From the NCBI GenBank assembly GCA_964551725.1, contig CAZKED010000001.1, positions 55,770 to 119,769 on the forward strand: a stretch of DNA of 64,000 nucleotides, given 5' to 3'. Positions 39,901-50,200 of this stretch are shown here, in pieces (position 1 is the first letter of the stretch; the number at the start of each line of letters is the position of its first letter). The notes beneath the pieces are model-generated. The model saw only the letters and a program-made list of their open reading frames with translations, did not search any database and was not told where the DNA came from. The stretch comes from an uncultured archaeon (GTDB lineage: Archaea; Iainarchaeota; Iainarchaeia; Iainarchaeales; DTGL01). A program made the position numbers and the translations under genes.

Positions 39901-42900
39901 AACTCGAAGCGCCCAGCGCGGGCTCCGAGCTCCTGGCGAGAGTGAAAAAGAACGGATACGCGAGCCTGGAAAAAACAATGAAAATCGACGAGAGCATAAT
40001 TGAAATAAGACCCGGGGAAGTGCGCTTTGACCTGGAGCCAAAACTCAAGGAATTCGAGAACATTGACCTGGAGCTTATTAATTCAACCGCGGTTGAACTG
40101 GAGGTCGCCGGCGTAACAGTAAGCGATTCGCTTTCAGGACTCGTTTCAGTAAAGGGAGCGGAAAAACTCGTTGGGCTGGAGCTTCCCCTGGACGGAACCG
40201 TGCCTGTGGCATTAACCGCCGTGCTCACAGAGCAGGGAAAAAGAGCGAAGGAAACGCAGGTATTGGAGGGGAGCATCGGCTTGCTGCTGAAGAGCGGGGA
40301 GTTCCCGAGCACGTGGTTCAGTAAAGTGCCCGTGAGGGCGAGGATTTTGCTGGGCGGAGAGCTTGATTCAAGCGACTGCCTGGTCATAGAACCTAACGGC
40401 TGGGAAATCGTTTCAGGCGGAGAGCAGGAAAAACTGAGCGCGAGGGTCAGGAATGCATGCACTGTCGACGGGAAAAAGGTTTCGCTGGAAGAATTCAGCG
40501 CGAGAGTGAACTGGGGAAGTGACGGCGCGATTGGAACATTCTATGTTTCAAGCGGCGATTTGGGCGATACGGAAATCGCGCTTAACCCGGAATTCACCCT
40601 GTTTGCACCCGAACTGGAGAAAAACTTTGACGGCACGCTTTTGGTGTCTTTTTCGCCGAATGCGGGTGTGAAGAGTGCGGACGCAATGCCCGCAATTGTT
40701 TTCAGGGGAAGGCACACTTCGTTCAACGGGGAGGAAAGCGTGGAGGAAAGAATTTCCGTGGACATTTCCCTGAGCAATCTTTCAAAATGCGTCGTGGTTG
40801 AAGCAGACGAGCCCCTGAAGATTAAAACCGCGCCTTCAAACCTCGGCTGGGGCTTGGGGCAGAGTTACTTCTATTCCTCGCAGTCATACCAGCCCTATGG
40901 GTTCTATCCCACCGGAACCGGCGATTACTCAATGTACGGAAGCGCGCCTCAGAATTTTTACGGCTCTTACGGCTGGAGTTCCGAGGAAAGCGGCGCTGAA
41001 AGCAGCTGGGGCTCGGAATACGCAACGTTCAGGATAAAAAACGAGTGCAAGGATTCGGTGGAAGTCAATATGGAGGCAAGCGAGGGGATCTCGCTGGACA
41101 AGGAGAACATAGAGCTTGCACCGAGAAAGAGCAGTAGCGTGAAGGTTGAATCCGGAGCGAAAAGCGGAACCTATTCCGTGGACGTTGAGGCACGGCTTAT
41201 CTCATCGGACGACGATTACGAGCTTGCCGAAGTGATAGATGTGGAAGTGCTTAACATGGACGAACTGATGCAGCAGTGCATGCCCTCCATTGAGCCGAGC
41301 GTGTTCAAGCCCAACTGGTTCGGGATTTTCAGGACCCGCGGCAGGATTTACAACCGCTGCTATGACTACGGGTTCAGGCTTGAAATGCTGATGCCACAGC
41401 ACTTCATGTGCTATACCCCGAAGAGTTCCGGCGAACAGTTGAGCGCGGAAAGCTGCCCTCTCATGAGCAATTTCTATTCAATGCCCCCGAGAACAATCGA
41501 TGCTGGGGAAAACCAGACAATTGAAGTCGTTGAATTTTCCTTCAACCTCAACGAAAGCGTGAAAGAGGAATTCGACGACTTTGACAGCATTGAGAGCATA
41601 GGACGGCTGGGAAACATTGTAATAAACAATTTTTCTGTTACTTCGCCGGGCATTGCCGCAATTCCTTTCAGGCTGCCCGATTCCTCAGTGCAGCAGTTCT
41701 CGCAGAGACAGGTATTCTTCCAGGTTCCCTATGACCTAAGCGCCTGGCTCGGATGGCTTTCAGGGCGCAGACCGGAGGACAACGTGCCGCCGAGCGCGCC
41801 GGATATTACCATAACCCCGAAAAAGCCGCTTACAGAGGATGACATCTTGTGCACGGTGCAGAGCTCTGACGCGGACGGGGATGAAATAGATTACAACATT
41901 AACTGGCTGCAGGGCGACCGCGTATTGGCGCACCAGAAAGGTTCATCTAACTCGCTCACCCTGCGCAGCGACCTCACGAGAACAGGGCAGGAATACACCT
42001 GCGAGGCAACAGCCTGCGACAAGTGGGCGTGCTCCGAGAAAAACTATTCAAGCGTCAAGGTTCTGAGGGCTGAAGGACCGGGCACTTTCGCCGGCTTCAG
42101 TGCATGCTCTTCCGAGGAAACGGGCGAGGATGCTTACAGGGATTACGGCTTCAACAGACTGGCGTTCAGCTGGAAGGAATCCGATTTCGGCGAGAGTTCC
42201 TGTTCCGGAAGTTCGGGCTATTTCTGTGATGCCGTGCAGTTCATGCTCTCTCTGAGGGAAAAATTCCGCAAAGTGGAGAGGACAGCGGAAAAGCTCGGCA
42301 ATTCGCCCTACAACGAGAACGCGTTAAACCTCGCCGCGCAGAGCGGCGCTGACTCGTTTGTTCCAGAGGCGGGAAACCTTTACAGGTTCTCGAAAATGCA
42401 GACAGTTATACCTGAAAAAACGGGAAACAGGGAAATACTCTTCTTCCTGGAAAACAGCCGCACTTTCCTTTCCCCTGAGAAAAAGGACTGCGCTCCGGAC
42501 ATTGTTTCAACTGTGAGGAACAATCTTTCGGAAATAATTGCCGGCAGCGGGGGAAGCAATCTTGACACGCTTCTCTCAAACATGGAAAGCGAGGTAACGG
42601 ACTGCTATGGTCTGGATTTCAGGGGGGAGAATATTGTGGGAGTGGTGAATGACAGAACGATTTCCTCCGACACGATATGGAAAGACCTCAAGGAAAAGGG
42701 AATAGTGAACGCGACAGTGAATGCAAGGTATGCAATTGCATTCAACGATTTCAAGAAACTGCACTCGGTGCTTCTGGAAAACGCGGGCAGGGACCCGGAA
42801 TACGAATTCTCAATTTCCTTCGGGGGCACTGAAACGGATGACCACAACGTGCAGGACTGGACTACATTCATTCAAAAGTTCTACGAGGCGCTTGACTCGC

Positions 42901-44180
42901 GCGAGCCCTTCAAGCTCGGCGTTGTGAACAGGAACGGATTGAGCGAGGAGACAAGGGAGTATGTGAGAGGGAACGCTGCCGAAATTTCCGGGCTGGAAGG
43001 AGGCAATTACGTGGACGGAAAAACCACTGCGGTAAACGAGGCATTCCTTATAGGGGACAATTATTCCCGTGAATTCCTCGGGGATTTCTTCGAGCACGGC
43101 GGATACACTTTTTCGGGAATTGACCAGGGCAAGGTTTCTTTCATGGAATATTCATCGCTCGCGGATTCGCGCTTTGAGGGAGAGGAAAGCATGCCGATTG
43201 AATCCGGCAAATACTATTACAAGTTAACGCCGACCGTTGACATTGCCGGCGGCGGGGTTGAAGTTGTTGACTACGAGGTCAGCCTCGCGTTGAAGAAAAG
43301 CCTGCTGGAGCTGGACCAGGATTCGGGCAAGAATTACGCAATGAATCCCTTCCTCAGACTGCCGTTTGATGCTGGCGGGGAAATACTGGAGAACGCTTCC
43401 CTGGAAGGGGGCTATGGTGTTGCGTTCACCGAAAAGCCGGAAGTGGACGTTTATTATTTCTTCGATTCAGCCGAAGAAACAGGGCATAAAGCGCTGGCTG
43501 GGAACAGCGCGGGAGTGAGAACTCTGGAGATTGATTTTTCCAACAAATTCGGGGAACTGCAGGGTTCGGAGGAAGTGCCGGGGAAAATAATGGAACTGGA
43601 CCTTTCCCAGGGAATGCTTGAATACGCTCCTTCATGGCCTGTTGCACTGGAACTTGAATGGGGCGAGGGAATGCAGAACACAGTGTTCTACCGCTTTGAA
43701 CGCGAGTACGACGAATATTACGGGAACGCGCGCCGGTTGTTCACTTGGTGGATTGGCGAGGACAGGAAAGCCGGGGACTCGCTGCAGAACTATGACGGCG
43801 GAGACTATGATTTCTGCACTGAATGGGCAGGCACAAGGAAGCTTGCCAGAGTGGAGATGGAAGAGCCAGGTACATGGACGGCGTTTGCATTCGTGCCGGC
43901 AGAGCAGGGCGCCGAGGAAATGTCCCTTGAACTGCTGTGCGCTGAGGAAATCACCCAGATTAGCGCGAGAACCTACGATATGAGAGTGGGCAGCACTGAC
44001 AGCGTTAAGGGGATTTCAGGAGGCGCGGTGCACATCAATGTAGAGCGCAGCGAGAAGCCGCCGTCTTTCAAGCGCTATATTGAGGCAATCGAGCGCGGAG
44101 AGGTATGCGTGAGAAATGCGGGCGAGGAAAAAATGGTTCTTTCGTGGAATCCGCAAATACTGGAGGATTTGAGGCCTTAA
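36978..44180 (+). CDS. Giant membrane-anchored surface protein 2 (about 2400 aa)
   Basis: MGVVDSIKDFYFRLEEKYY + TM, carboxypeptidase-regulatory-like repeats, FCDAVQF and C-terminal EVCV...SWNP. Confidence 0.85.
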   Translation: MGVVDSIKDFYFRLEEKYYKFVDWLDTKHFPYYKFVDFVESRGIPSFPLSIAGIAVIALLLFFFAVPLLGIEFPIARVPLSVEVMDGKGNGIYNALVEIKGADFSEQGRTDGAGIAEFNVPMETQLTVSVEKSGFEKYADSFSVSREETKTIELSAEEISREILFKKKGTEELVEETINVSFECSNIEADFEEQRTVQNGRVELDGIPANCGLLEVKVEGFAVDKDIDLDETLPEVFLAGEEAGKGRVYVLVKEEETKKPLEGMRVVLVGAVERSDLSDESGSVVFEGVPAGDYYVKVMDALEYEDHVSDTKTLQEEDSVTFSIELGKAARAQINLKVVDATGEPVEKAALKLYRQGGTSVEYSGETDPIGQYTFNVPTETKYTLVVDKAGYFKAQLSVEAQEEFFEVTLKEQTSENGGSIAVSAKDQKGNAVENVKVELKLADGEFTGYSAFTGADGRAEFTAIEPGNYYVYGSKQGFEGYASNEFQVREREITSVQLVFVIGEGEFLVKVLDDAGNALAGASVEAIDVFTDRMMSQKTTDLEGIAHFRERVDRKVFFVTEADGFLPFVSLPFVPVQDSQREVEIRMIKGTGKIKTSMTLLLNDMEVREFVSAGESYKALVQLVLPSEYNKAGIHLRAGEDTEGKVNSAEEDIIFIREIEAANANIRTGSTYTPPFGSGQDYASNGSTKWANIEFEPGKKGLPSRGVFNAIAEVQVRDEAAMGEDTKISYRGYGVSATYSRDPIDAALGSAESSARKHGLYAQAYDRHFSVGQSNVCSGGYCRIIFIEDVESGMKSAVIDSFPANISSMYELNVKLNKAGAGSVRNAFLEVRNPEQGLEFGEYSISDAAGRKFEGNANGSELSKAVGDLAQDLSVSASIEFQTLKEGTNQIEISLASESGKVFGQTIKVNVRAGEELQLEIVPKDIVPFIDNQLLFRVSTLEDAPVPNAFIELSLDGYDLASGETDSAGIFAFELEAPSAGSELLARVKKNGYASLEKTMKIDESIIEIRPGEVRFDLEPKLKEFENIDLELINSTAVELEVAGVTVSDSLSGLVSVKGAEKLVGLELPLDGTVPVALTAVLTEQGKRAKETQVLEGSIGLLLKSGEFPSTWFSKVPVRARILLGGELDSSDCLVIEPNGWEIVSGGEQEKLSARVRNACTVDGKKVSLEEFSARVNWGSDGAIGTFYVSSGDLGDTEIALNPEFTLFAPELEKNFDGTLLVSFSPNAGVKSADAMPAIVFRGRHTSFNGEESVEERISVDISLSNLSKCVVVEADEPLKIKTAPSNLGWGLGQSYFYSSQSYQPYGFYPTGTGDYSMYGSAPQNFYGSYGWSSEESGAESSWGSEYATFRIKNECKDSVEVNMEASEGISLDKENIELAPRKSSSVKVESGAKSGTYSVDVEARLISSDDDYELAEVIDVEVLNMDELMQQCMPSIEPSVFKPNWFGIFRTRGRIYNRCYDYGFRLEMLMPQHFMCYTPKSSGEQLSAESCPLMSNFYSMPPRTIDAGENQTIEVVEFSFNLNESVKEEFDDFDSIESIGRLGNIVINNFSVTSPGIAAIPFRLPDSSVQQFSQRQVFFQVPYDLSAWLGWLSGRRPEDNVPPSAPDITITPKKPLTEDDILCTVQSSDADGDEIDYNINWLQGDRVLAHQKGSSNSLTLRSDLTRTGQEYTCEATACDKWACSEKNYSSVKVLRAEGPGTFAGFSACSSEETGEDAYRDYGFNRLAFSWKESDFGESSCSGSSGYFCDAVQFMLSLREKFRKVERTAEKLGNSPYNENALNLAAQSGADSFVPEAGNLYRFSKMQTVIPEKTGNREILFFLENSRTFLSPEKKDCAPDIVSTVRNNLSEIIAGSGGSNLDTLLSNMESEVTDCYGLDFRGENIVGVVNDRTISSDTIWKDLKEKGIVNATVNARYAIAFNDFKKLHSVLLENAGRDPEYEFSISFGGTETDDHNVQDWTTFIQKFYEALDSREPFKLGVVNRNGLSEETREYVRGNAAEISGLEGGNYVDGKTTAVNEAFLIGDNYSREFLGDFFEHGGYTFSGIDQGKVSFMEYSSLADSRFEGEESMPIESGKYYYKLTPTVDIAGGGVEVVDYEVSLALKKSLLELDQDSGKNYAMNPFLRLPFDAGGEILENASLEGGYGVAFTEKPEVDVYYFFDSAEETGHKALAGNSAGVRTLEIDFSNKFGELQGSEEVPGKIMELDLSQGMLEYAPSWPVALELEWGEGMQNTVFYRFEREYDEYYGNARRLFTWWIGEDRKAGDSLQNYDGGDYDFCTEWAGTRKLARVEMEEPGTWTAFAFVPAEQGAEEMSLELLCAEEITQISARTYDMRVGSTDSVKGISGGAVHINVERSEKPPSFKRYIEAIERGEVCVRNAGEEKMVLSWNPQILEDLRP

Positions 44181-44272
44181 GGGCAAAACAGCGATTGAAA
44201 ACGTTTAATAATGTAAGGAGACATTAAAATAAATTGGAGGAATAACCAGGAAAAGGATTTGGGGTAATTTGT

Positions 44273-47200
44273 ATGGGTGTTGTTGATTCTGCTAAGGATT
44301 TGTACTTCCATCTGGAGGACCGCTATTATAGGCTGATTGACAGGATTAATTCCCGCGTGCTGTACAAAATAGTCGACAAAGTAGACAGCGTTGTGCCGTC
44401 GTTTGCCCTGGTTTTGCTCGTGATTTTTGTTTTAATCGCGCTGGGGATAATGTTCGTGCTCACGCAGGGCATTTCCCTGCCTGTTGCAACCTCTGAGCTT
44501 GTCGTGAAAGTACAGGACGAAAAAGGCAATCCGTTGAAAGGCGTGGGAGTGGAATTCACTGCGGCTGATGGAACGGAGCACTACAAGACCACTGATGCAG
44601 AGGGAAAAACCCCTGCATTGGGGTTTGCGACGGGAAGCGAGGTGGAAATAACGCTGAGCAAGGACGGCTATGCCCCAAAACCGTATTCCGCGAAATTCAA
44701 AGTGAGCGAGCCTTTTGTGGAAAAACTCGTTGAACTCGAGGAAGAAAAGGCATTCGATTACATTAAGTTCAAAATAATGGATGAATTGTTCCAGCCCGTG
44801 GACAAGGTATGGGTTGAATTCGACTGCTCGGAAAGCAGTGCCGAGGATCCGGCGGGAATGTTTTCAAGCCAGGGAATCGTCGAAGTGGCTGTTCCCAAAA
44901 ACTGCGGGGAACTGAGGGTGGATGCTTCCGCTCCTGGCTATGAGGAGCTGACAGCCGAGGAAGTGGTTGACAACGCCACCATATTCCTGCAGGAAAAGGA
45001 GGATGAAAGAGGCACTATTGTTGTCTCGCTTACATCGCACGGAGAGCTTGCCGCGGACGAGCAGATAACCGTCAGCCTTTACAAGGACACCGGGGCAGCG
45101 GACGGAATAAATGTTGAATCAAAGGAAACAACCACAGGACAGGCAGAGTTTTCCGCTGCACCAGGAACCTATTACGTGAAAAGCCTTTCAACAGCAAAGT
45201 ACACCGTGAAAGAATCCCTGCCCTTCGAACTCGAAGCGCGGGCAAGGAAGGATGTTACGCTTGAACTCGAGGAAAGGGTTATAGGAAAAATAAAGGTCAA
45301 AGTGCTTGACGAGAAAACAGGAAAAGCGGTGGAAAACGCCGGCGTTACATTCAAGAAAGGAACACAGCAAGTATTCTACCAGGAAACAAACGAGCAGGGG
45401 ATAGTGGAATTCAACCTGCACGAGGACATCGGCTATACGCTTATAGTCAACCACGAGGATTACTGCATTGTGCGCAGGGAAAACGTGAGGAAAAGCAACG
45501 ATACGCTGGAAATAGAAATAGAGAAGTACACGGGACAGTGCGGCGGCGTACTCCTTGCAAGGGTGCTCGACGACGAAACCGGCAAGGGAATGGAGCACGC
45601 TACAGTAGGACTTTACGATGAGCAGGGCTACTCTGCGGGATTCAAGCCGCTTTTGACGGACATCAACGGGGAAGCGGAATTCGCTGGGGTTGAAACCGGA
45701 GACTACCAGGTGTTCGCGTACAAGGGAAGCGCGAGCGGCTGGAGCGATATAAAGAAATTCGTGAGGAGGGAGGCACAAAAGACCGTTTACACTGTGAGCC
45801 TTACCATTCCTCTCGGGGCAATAAGGGTGAGGGTGCTCGACGACGAACTTGAACCGCTGCCCTTTGCGGACGTTGCACTGAAGAGAGCATTCGACAACAA
45901 ATTACTGCAGGGACCAATGCCGGTGGAGGACGCGAACGGCTGGATTGAATTCTTGGAGAAATCAGGCGAGGACGTGTTTGCCGTTGTTTCAATGGAAGGA
46001 TACACCGATTTTACTTCAAGTTCGGTCAGGGTGCTGCCCAATTCAACGCGGGAAATTGTCGCAGAACTCGAACCCGAAATAATTTCCGGGGAAATCGAGG
46101 CGGAATTCCTGGGATTGTACAAGAACGGGAGGAAGGCAACAATTCTGGGCGCGGGACAGGAGTACGATGCGAGATTCCAGCTGAGGATTCCCAAAAACCA
46201 GGACTACGAATTCATAGGAATGCATATCAGGACTGGCAAGGAAAACACAATGGAAAAGGACATGGTGTTCATTAAGGAGCACAGCGCTCCGGCAGCGCCC
46301 ATAATCTCAAAGGGCACTTCCTTCAATCCGGAGGAGGGCTTCGATTACGATTCACAGTTCAAGACCGCTGACGGGGCAAAATGGATGAATTTCAAGTGGG
46401 GCAAGTTTTCATCGGGAAAATTCAACGTTGAAGTTACAGTAAAAGTAAAGGACTTGGCAAAACAGGGCGAGCAGGTGCCCGTTTACTGGCGCGCGTGGGC
46501 GAAAAAGGAAGACGACGGCGTGGTAAGGGACCCTGAAGACCAAACGCTGGGCTCAACAATGTCGCAGAACGAGCTGTACGCCAACACCGACAGCAAATTA
46601 TTCCAGGTCGGAATTGAAACGCTGTGCGCAGACAAGTGGTGCTTTGCCGGCAGCATTCTTGACGTCGAGGACGAAATAATCCAGTCCGTTTCCGACTCCT
46701 ACGGCGCAATAGTGGGAAAACAGTACAGGCTCTCGTTCAAAATATTGAACGACAGTCCTTTTGAAACGGACATTTTCGACAACGCAAAAATGCGCGTTGT
46801 GACAAGGAATTCCGCAATTCTGCTCCAAGACTACCAAATAATAGGCCCGCAGGGGAGCAAAACAGAGGGAAGCGCTAATGCTTCCTCCCTAGACTGGATT
46901 GAAATCGGCGACCTCACGCCAAGCAAGGACGTTTCCGGCACGATTTATTTCACTCCCAAGTCCGCGGTGAGTTCATCGCTATTGCTGCAGGTGCACTCGC
47001 GTTACAGGATTGTTTTCGAGAAGGAAATAACAGTCGACAGCGCTGCAGCGAACGAAATGGACGTGAAGTTCAAGAAAGAGGGCGAATACGTTTCGGACTA
47101 CGGCTTGCTCCCGAGCGGAGTGGAGCAGACGCTGACGGTGAAGGTGTTCGACAAAGCAAGCGAACTGGAACTGGAGGGTGCGACGGTAAAAATAATTGAC

Positions 47201-50200
47201 CGCTTCGGGTCAGTGCTCGGGGAGGAAAAGACCACGTTCTTCGGAATCGCGGACGTCGTAATGCCGGTGCTCAAGCCAGGGGAAAAGCTCACAATGAGCG
47301 TGCAGAAAGCTAATTACATGCCGCTGGAGAAGGCGCTTTCCGTTGACGACAGAGTGCTTGAAGTCGAGCCCGCTGCGTTAAACGTTACGCTTAACGCGCA
47401 GACCGCGCCGGAAAAAAGCATTAACGTAACGCTCAAAAACAAGACAAGCCTGGAGCTTGAAATCGAATGGCTCGAGGTCACCGGCGACTTCCAGGACCTG
47501 GTGGACAAGGAAAAAACAGGGCAGTGGCTTTACTCGCAGTATTCAGGGGAAAAAATATCGGGAAAGGAATCAAGGAACATAGTGCTCAAAATGTTTTTGA
47601 CCGACCTGGGGAAATCCGTAAAGGAAACCAGGACACTGAAGGGAAAGTTCAATGCAAGGGTATTCTCCTCGGGGCAGACATGGGAGGTTTCAAAGGACCT
47701 CACAGTAGTAATAGGACTCGGGGGGGAAGTGGATGATACAGCGTGCTTTTCACTCAGCACGCATTCATGGAAAGCCGCAACTGAAATTTCCCCCAGAAAC
47801 AAGGACGTAATGATAGTGAACAACTGCTCGGTGGACGGAAAGCCGGTTGAACTCCAAAACCTTAGCGCGAAAATAGTGTGGGAAAGCAATCACTTGGGCG
47901 AATTCAAATTCGGAATTGACGGAGAAAACAGCATTGAAATCAGACCCGGGTTTTTCAAAATATTCAGGAAGAGCATGGGAAAAGAGGAAACCCTGCCGGG
48001 CATTCTTTCGTTCATTCCCGACGGCGGAAACCTCGGAACGGCAAAGGCGACAGTGATAGTGCAGGCAAAGAATCCCACGCAGTCAGGCGAACAACTGCTG
48101 GAGGACTCAATTGAAGTGGAAATAACCGTTGTTTCTCTGGATTCCTGCCTGAGGGTGAGCAGGGATTTGCTTAAACTGGCACCCAACGACGAGGGAACAT
48201 TTGAAATAAGCACGGGAGACTGCGGTGGAAATGTGGACATAAGGCTTATTTCCGAGCTCACCGTGGGCAACAAGGAGATAACAATGGGAAGCAACGACTC
48301 GCATACAGTCACAGTGCTTTCAGAGGAAAGGATTCCGGGACAGTATCCGATCTACATTAAATTCAGGGCCGCCGGCAAAAACGAGTACGAAGTAGGAAAA
48401 CTCGTAAGAGTGCTCATCGAGCCGACGGAGGGATGCATCAGATTGAACCGCTATGAGTACGATATTTACGATAGCCCGGACAACCCCTACGACGGGTTTG
48501 ACGTGGGAAAAATAATCAATTCCTGCCCGAGCCAGAGGGTTGCGGGCGTGGTGAGATTCAACGAAAAGAATTTGTGCAAGGCGGTAAGGAACGGCTTTGT
48601 AGGCGGACTGATTGGAATGATTTACGGTGGACTGCAAGCCAGCAACATGGGCAGGGGCTTTTTCGGAATCGGACCGACATGCAGCGAACAGGGCGGCGTA
48701 ATATGCGGCACCGGAACAAAATGCTCCGTGGGAACAAAAATTGTTTACGGAAAGGAATGCTGCATTGACGGCGAATGCGTGAAAGTTGAAACCGCCGCAA
48801 CGCAGCCCGCGGAAGAACCTGAAGCAGAACCAGAGGAACCAGCGGAAGAAGCGGAAGAACCCGGAGAAGCGCCCGCCGGAGAGCCGGCGGAAGGGCCTGC
48901 TTTCGGCACATGCGCTGAAATGGGCGGCGAAGAATGCGAACCTAACCAGGACTGCATGGACGGCGAAACCAAGCTTCCGTTTACCGTTGCGTCTGACATA
49001 ATAAACTGTTGCATTGGAGGCACTTGCACTGACAGGGAAGAGGAACAGGGAGAAGAGCCAACACTCCAGTCATGCGCTGAATTGGGCGGAGAGCCCTGCA
49101 ACGGCGGAACATGCGCTCCGCCTTTGACCGGGATAACTGACGCTTCATACCCCCAGATGGTTGATTCACTGGACGGCGAATGCTGTGTCGGGGGCAGGTG
49201 CATTACTGCAGGGGAAGAATTAACCTGTGAGGAGCAGGGCGGAAGCCTTTGCCCCGGCGGAATATGCCAGGTTTATCAGTGCGACGGGGAGGGCTGCAAT
49301 CCGGTAAACGTTGAGCCAACAATTGTAGCAGGAGAAGAATGCTGCCTTGAGGGAGCATGCGTGTATGAGGCGCAGGGAAAAGAGGAATCCGGCTCCGCGG
49401 CAGGAATGGTTGCTCTCGGGGCAATCGATGTAAGCTCGGTGCTGGGACCGCTGGCTGAAGGATTAGGCGGGCTTCTGGACATTGACAACTTTTTGGAAGG
49501 ATTGTTCGTCGGATGGGTAGCGAACTCGGCGTACAATTACCTCATGGTGCAGCAGGAAGGCAAGGTCGCATTCGACGTTGTCGCGGACGACCTCGCAATC
49601 ACTGCGCTGCGCGTGCTCTATCCGAGCGGGCGCGAGGACAACGACGCGCCAGGAATTAGTGCAGAGCTGGGCGCGGAGAAAACCGAAAGGTCAACGGAAC
49701 TCGAACTCGGGAGAAGGGAAACAGAAATAATATTCGAAAATTCCGATGGAATAACTCAGGAAAATCCCGTAAGCCCGATTTACAGGATTTTGAAAGTGGA
49801 GGGAGAGAAAAGGGAGTACGAAACGGATTACGGGGGAGATGCAGGAGAAGAGGGATTTTTCACCTCGCTCTGGAACGCTATAAGGTTTTGGACGGAATGT
49901 CCGGAAACGGAATTCAGCGAGGAGGACGCAGAACAATTCATAGTGGACGGCGGCGACCTCGAGGTAAAGGAATCCGAGGAATACTTCCAGAAATTCCACT
50001 TACAGTTCAATTCATACGAGCCCGAAGAGCCTACTCCGACACCTGTTCCCGGGGAAAGCTGCAAGATAGGAACGAGGGTCGGAAAAACCGGCGAGGAAGC
50101 AATGCCCAGCATTCTGCTCAAGTGGAACTGGAGCGACATACAGGAGAATACCTGCGACGAAGGCGGCGGGGAAACTTACTGTGATGCAACGCAGTTCAGC

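Noticed and set aside
39320-40462. 380-aa minus-strand ORF, and the many similar Ser/Phe-rich antisense ORFs over the giant genes
   Set aside because: These are shadows of Glu/Lys-rich sense-strand codon usage, lie fully within well-supported genes and show no motifs.
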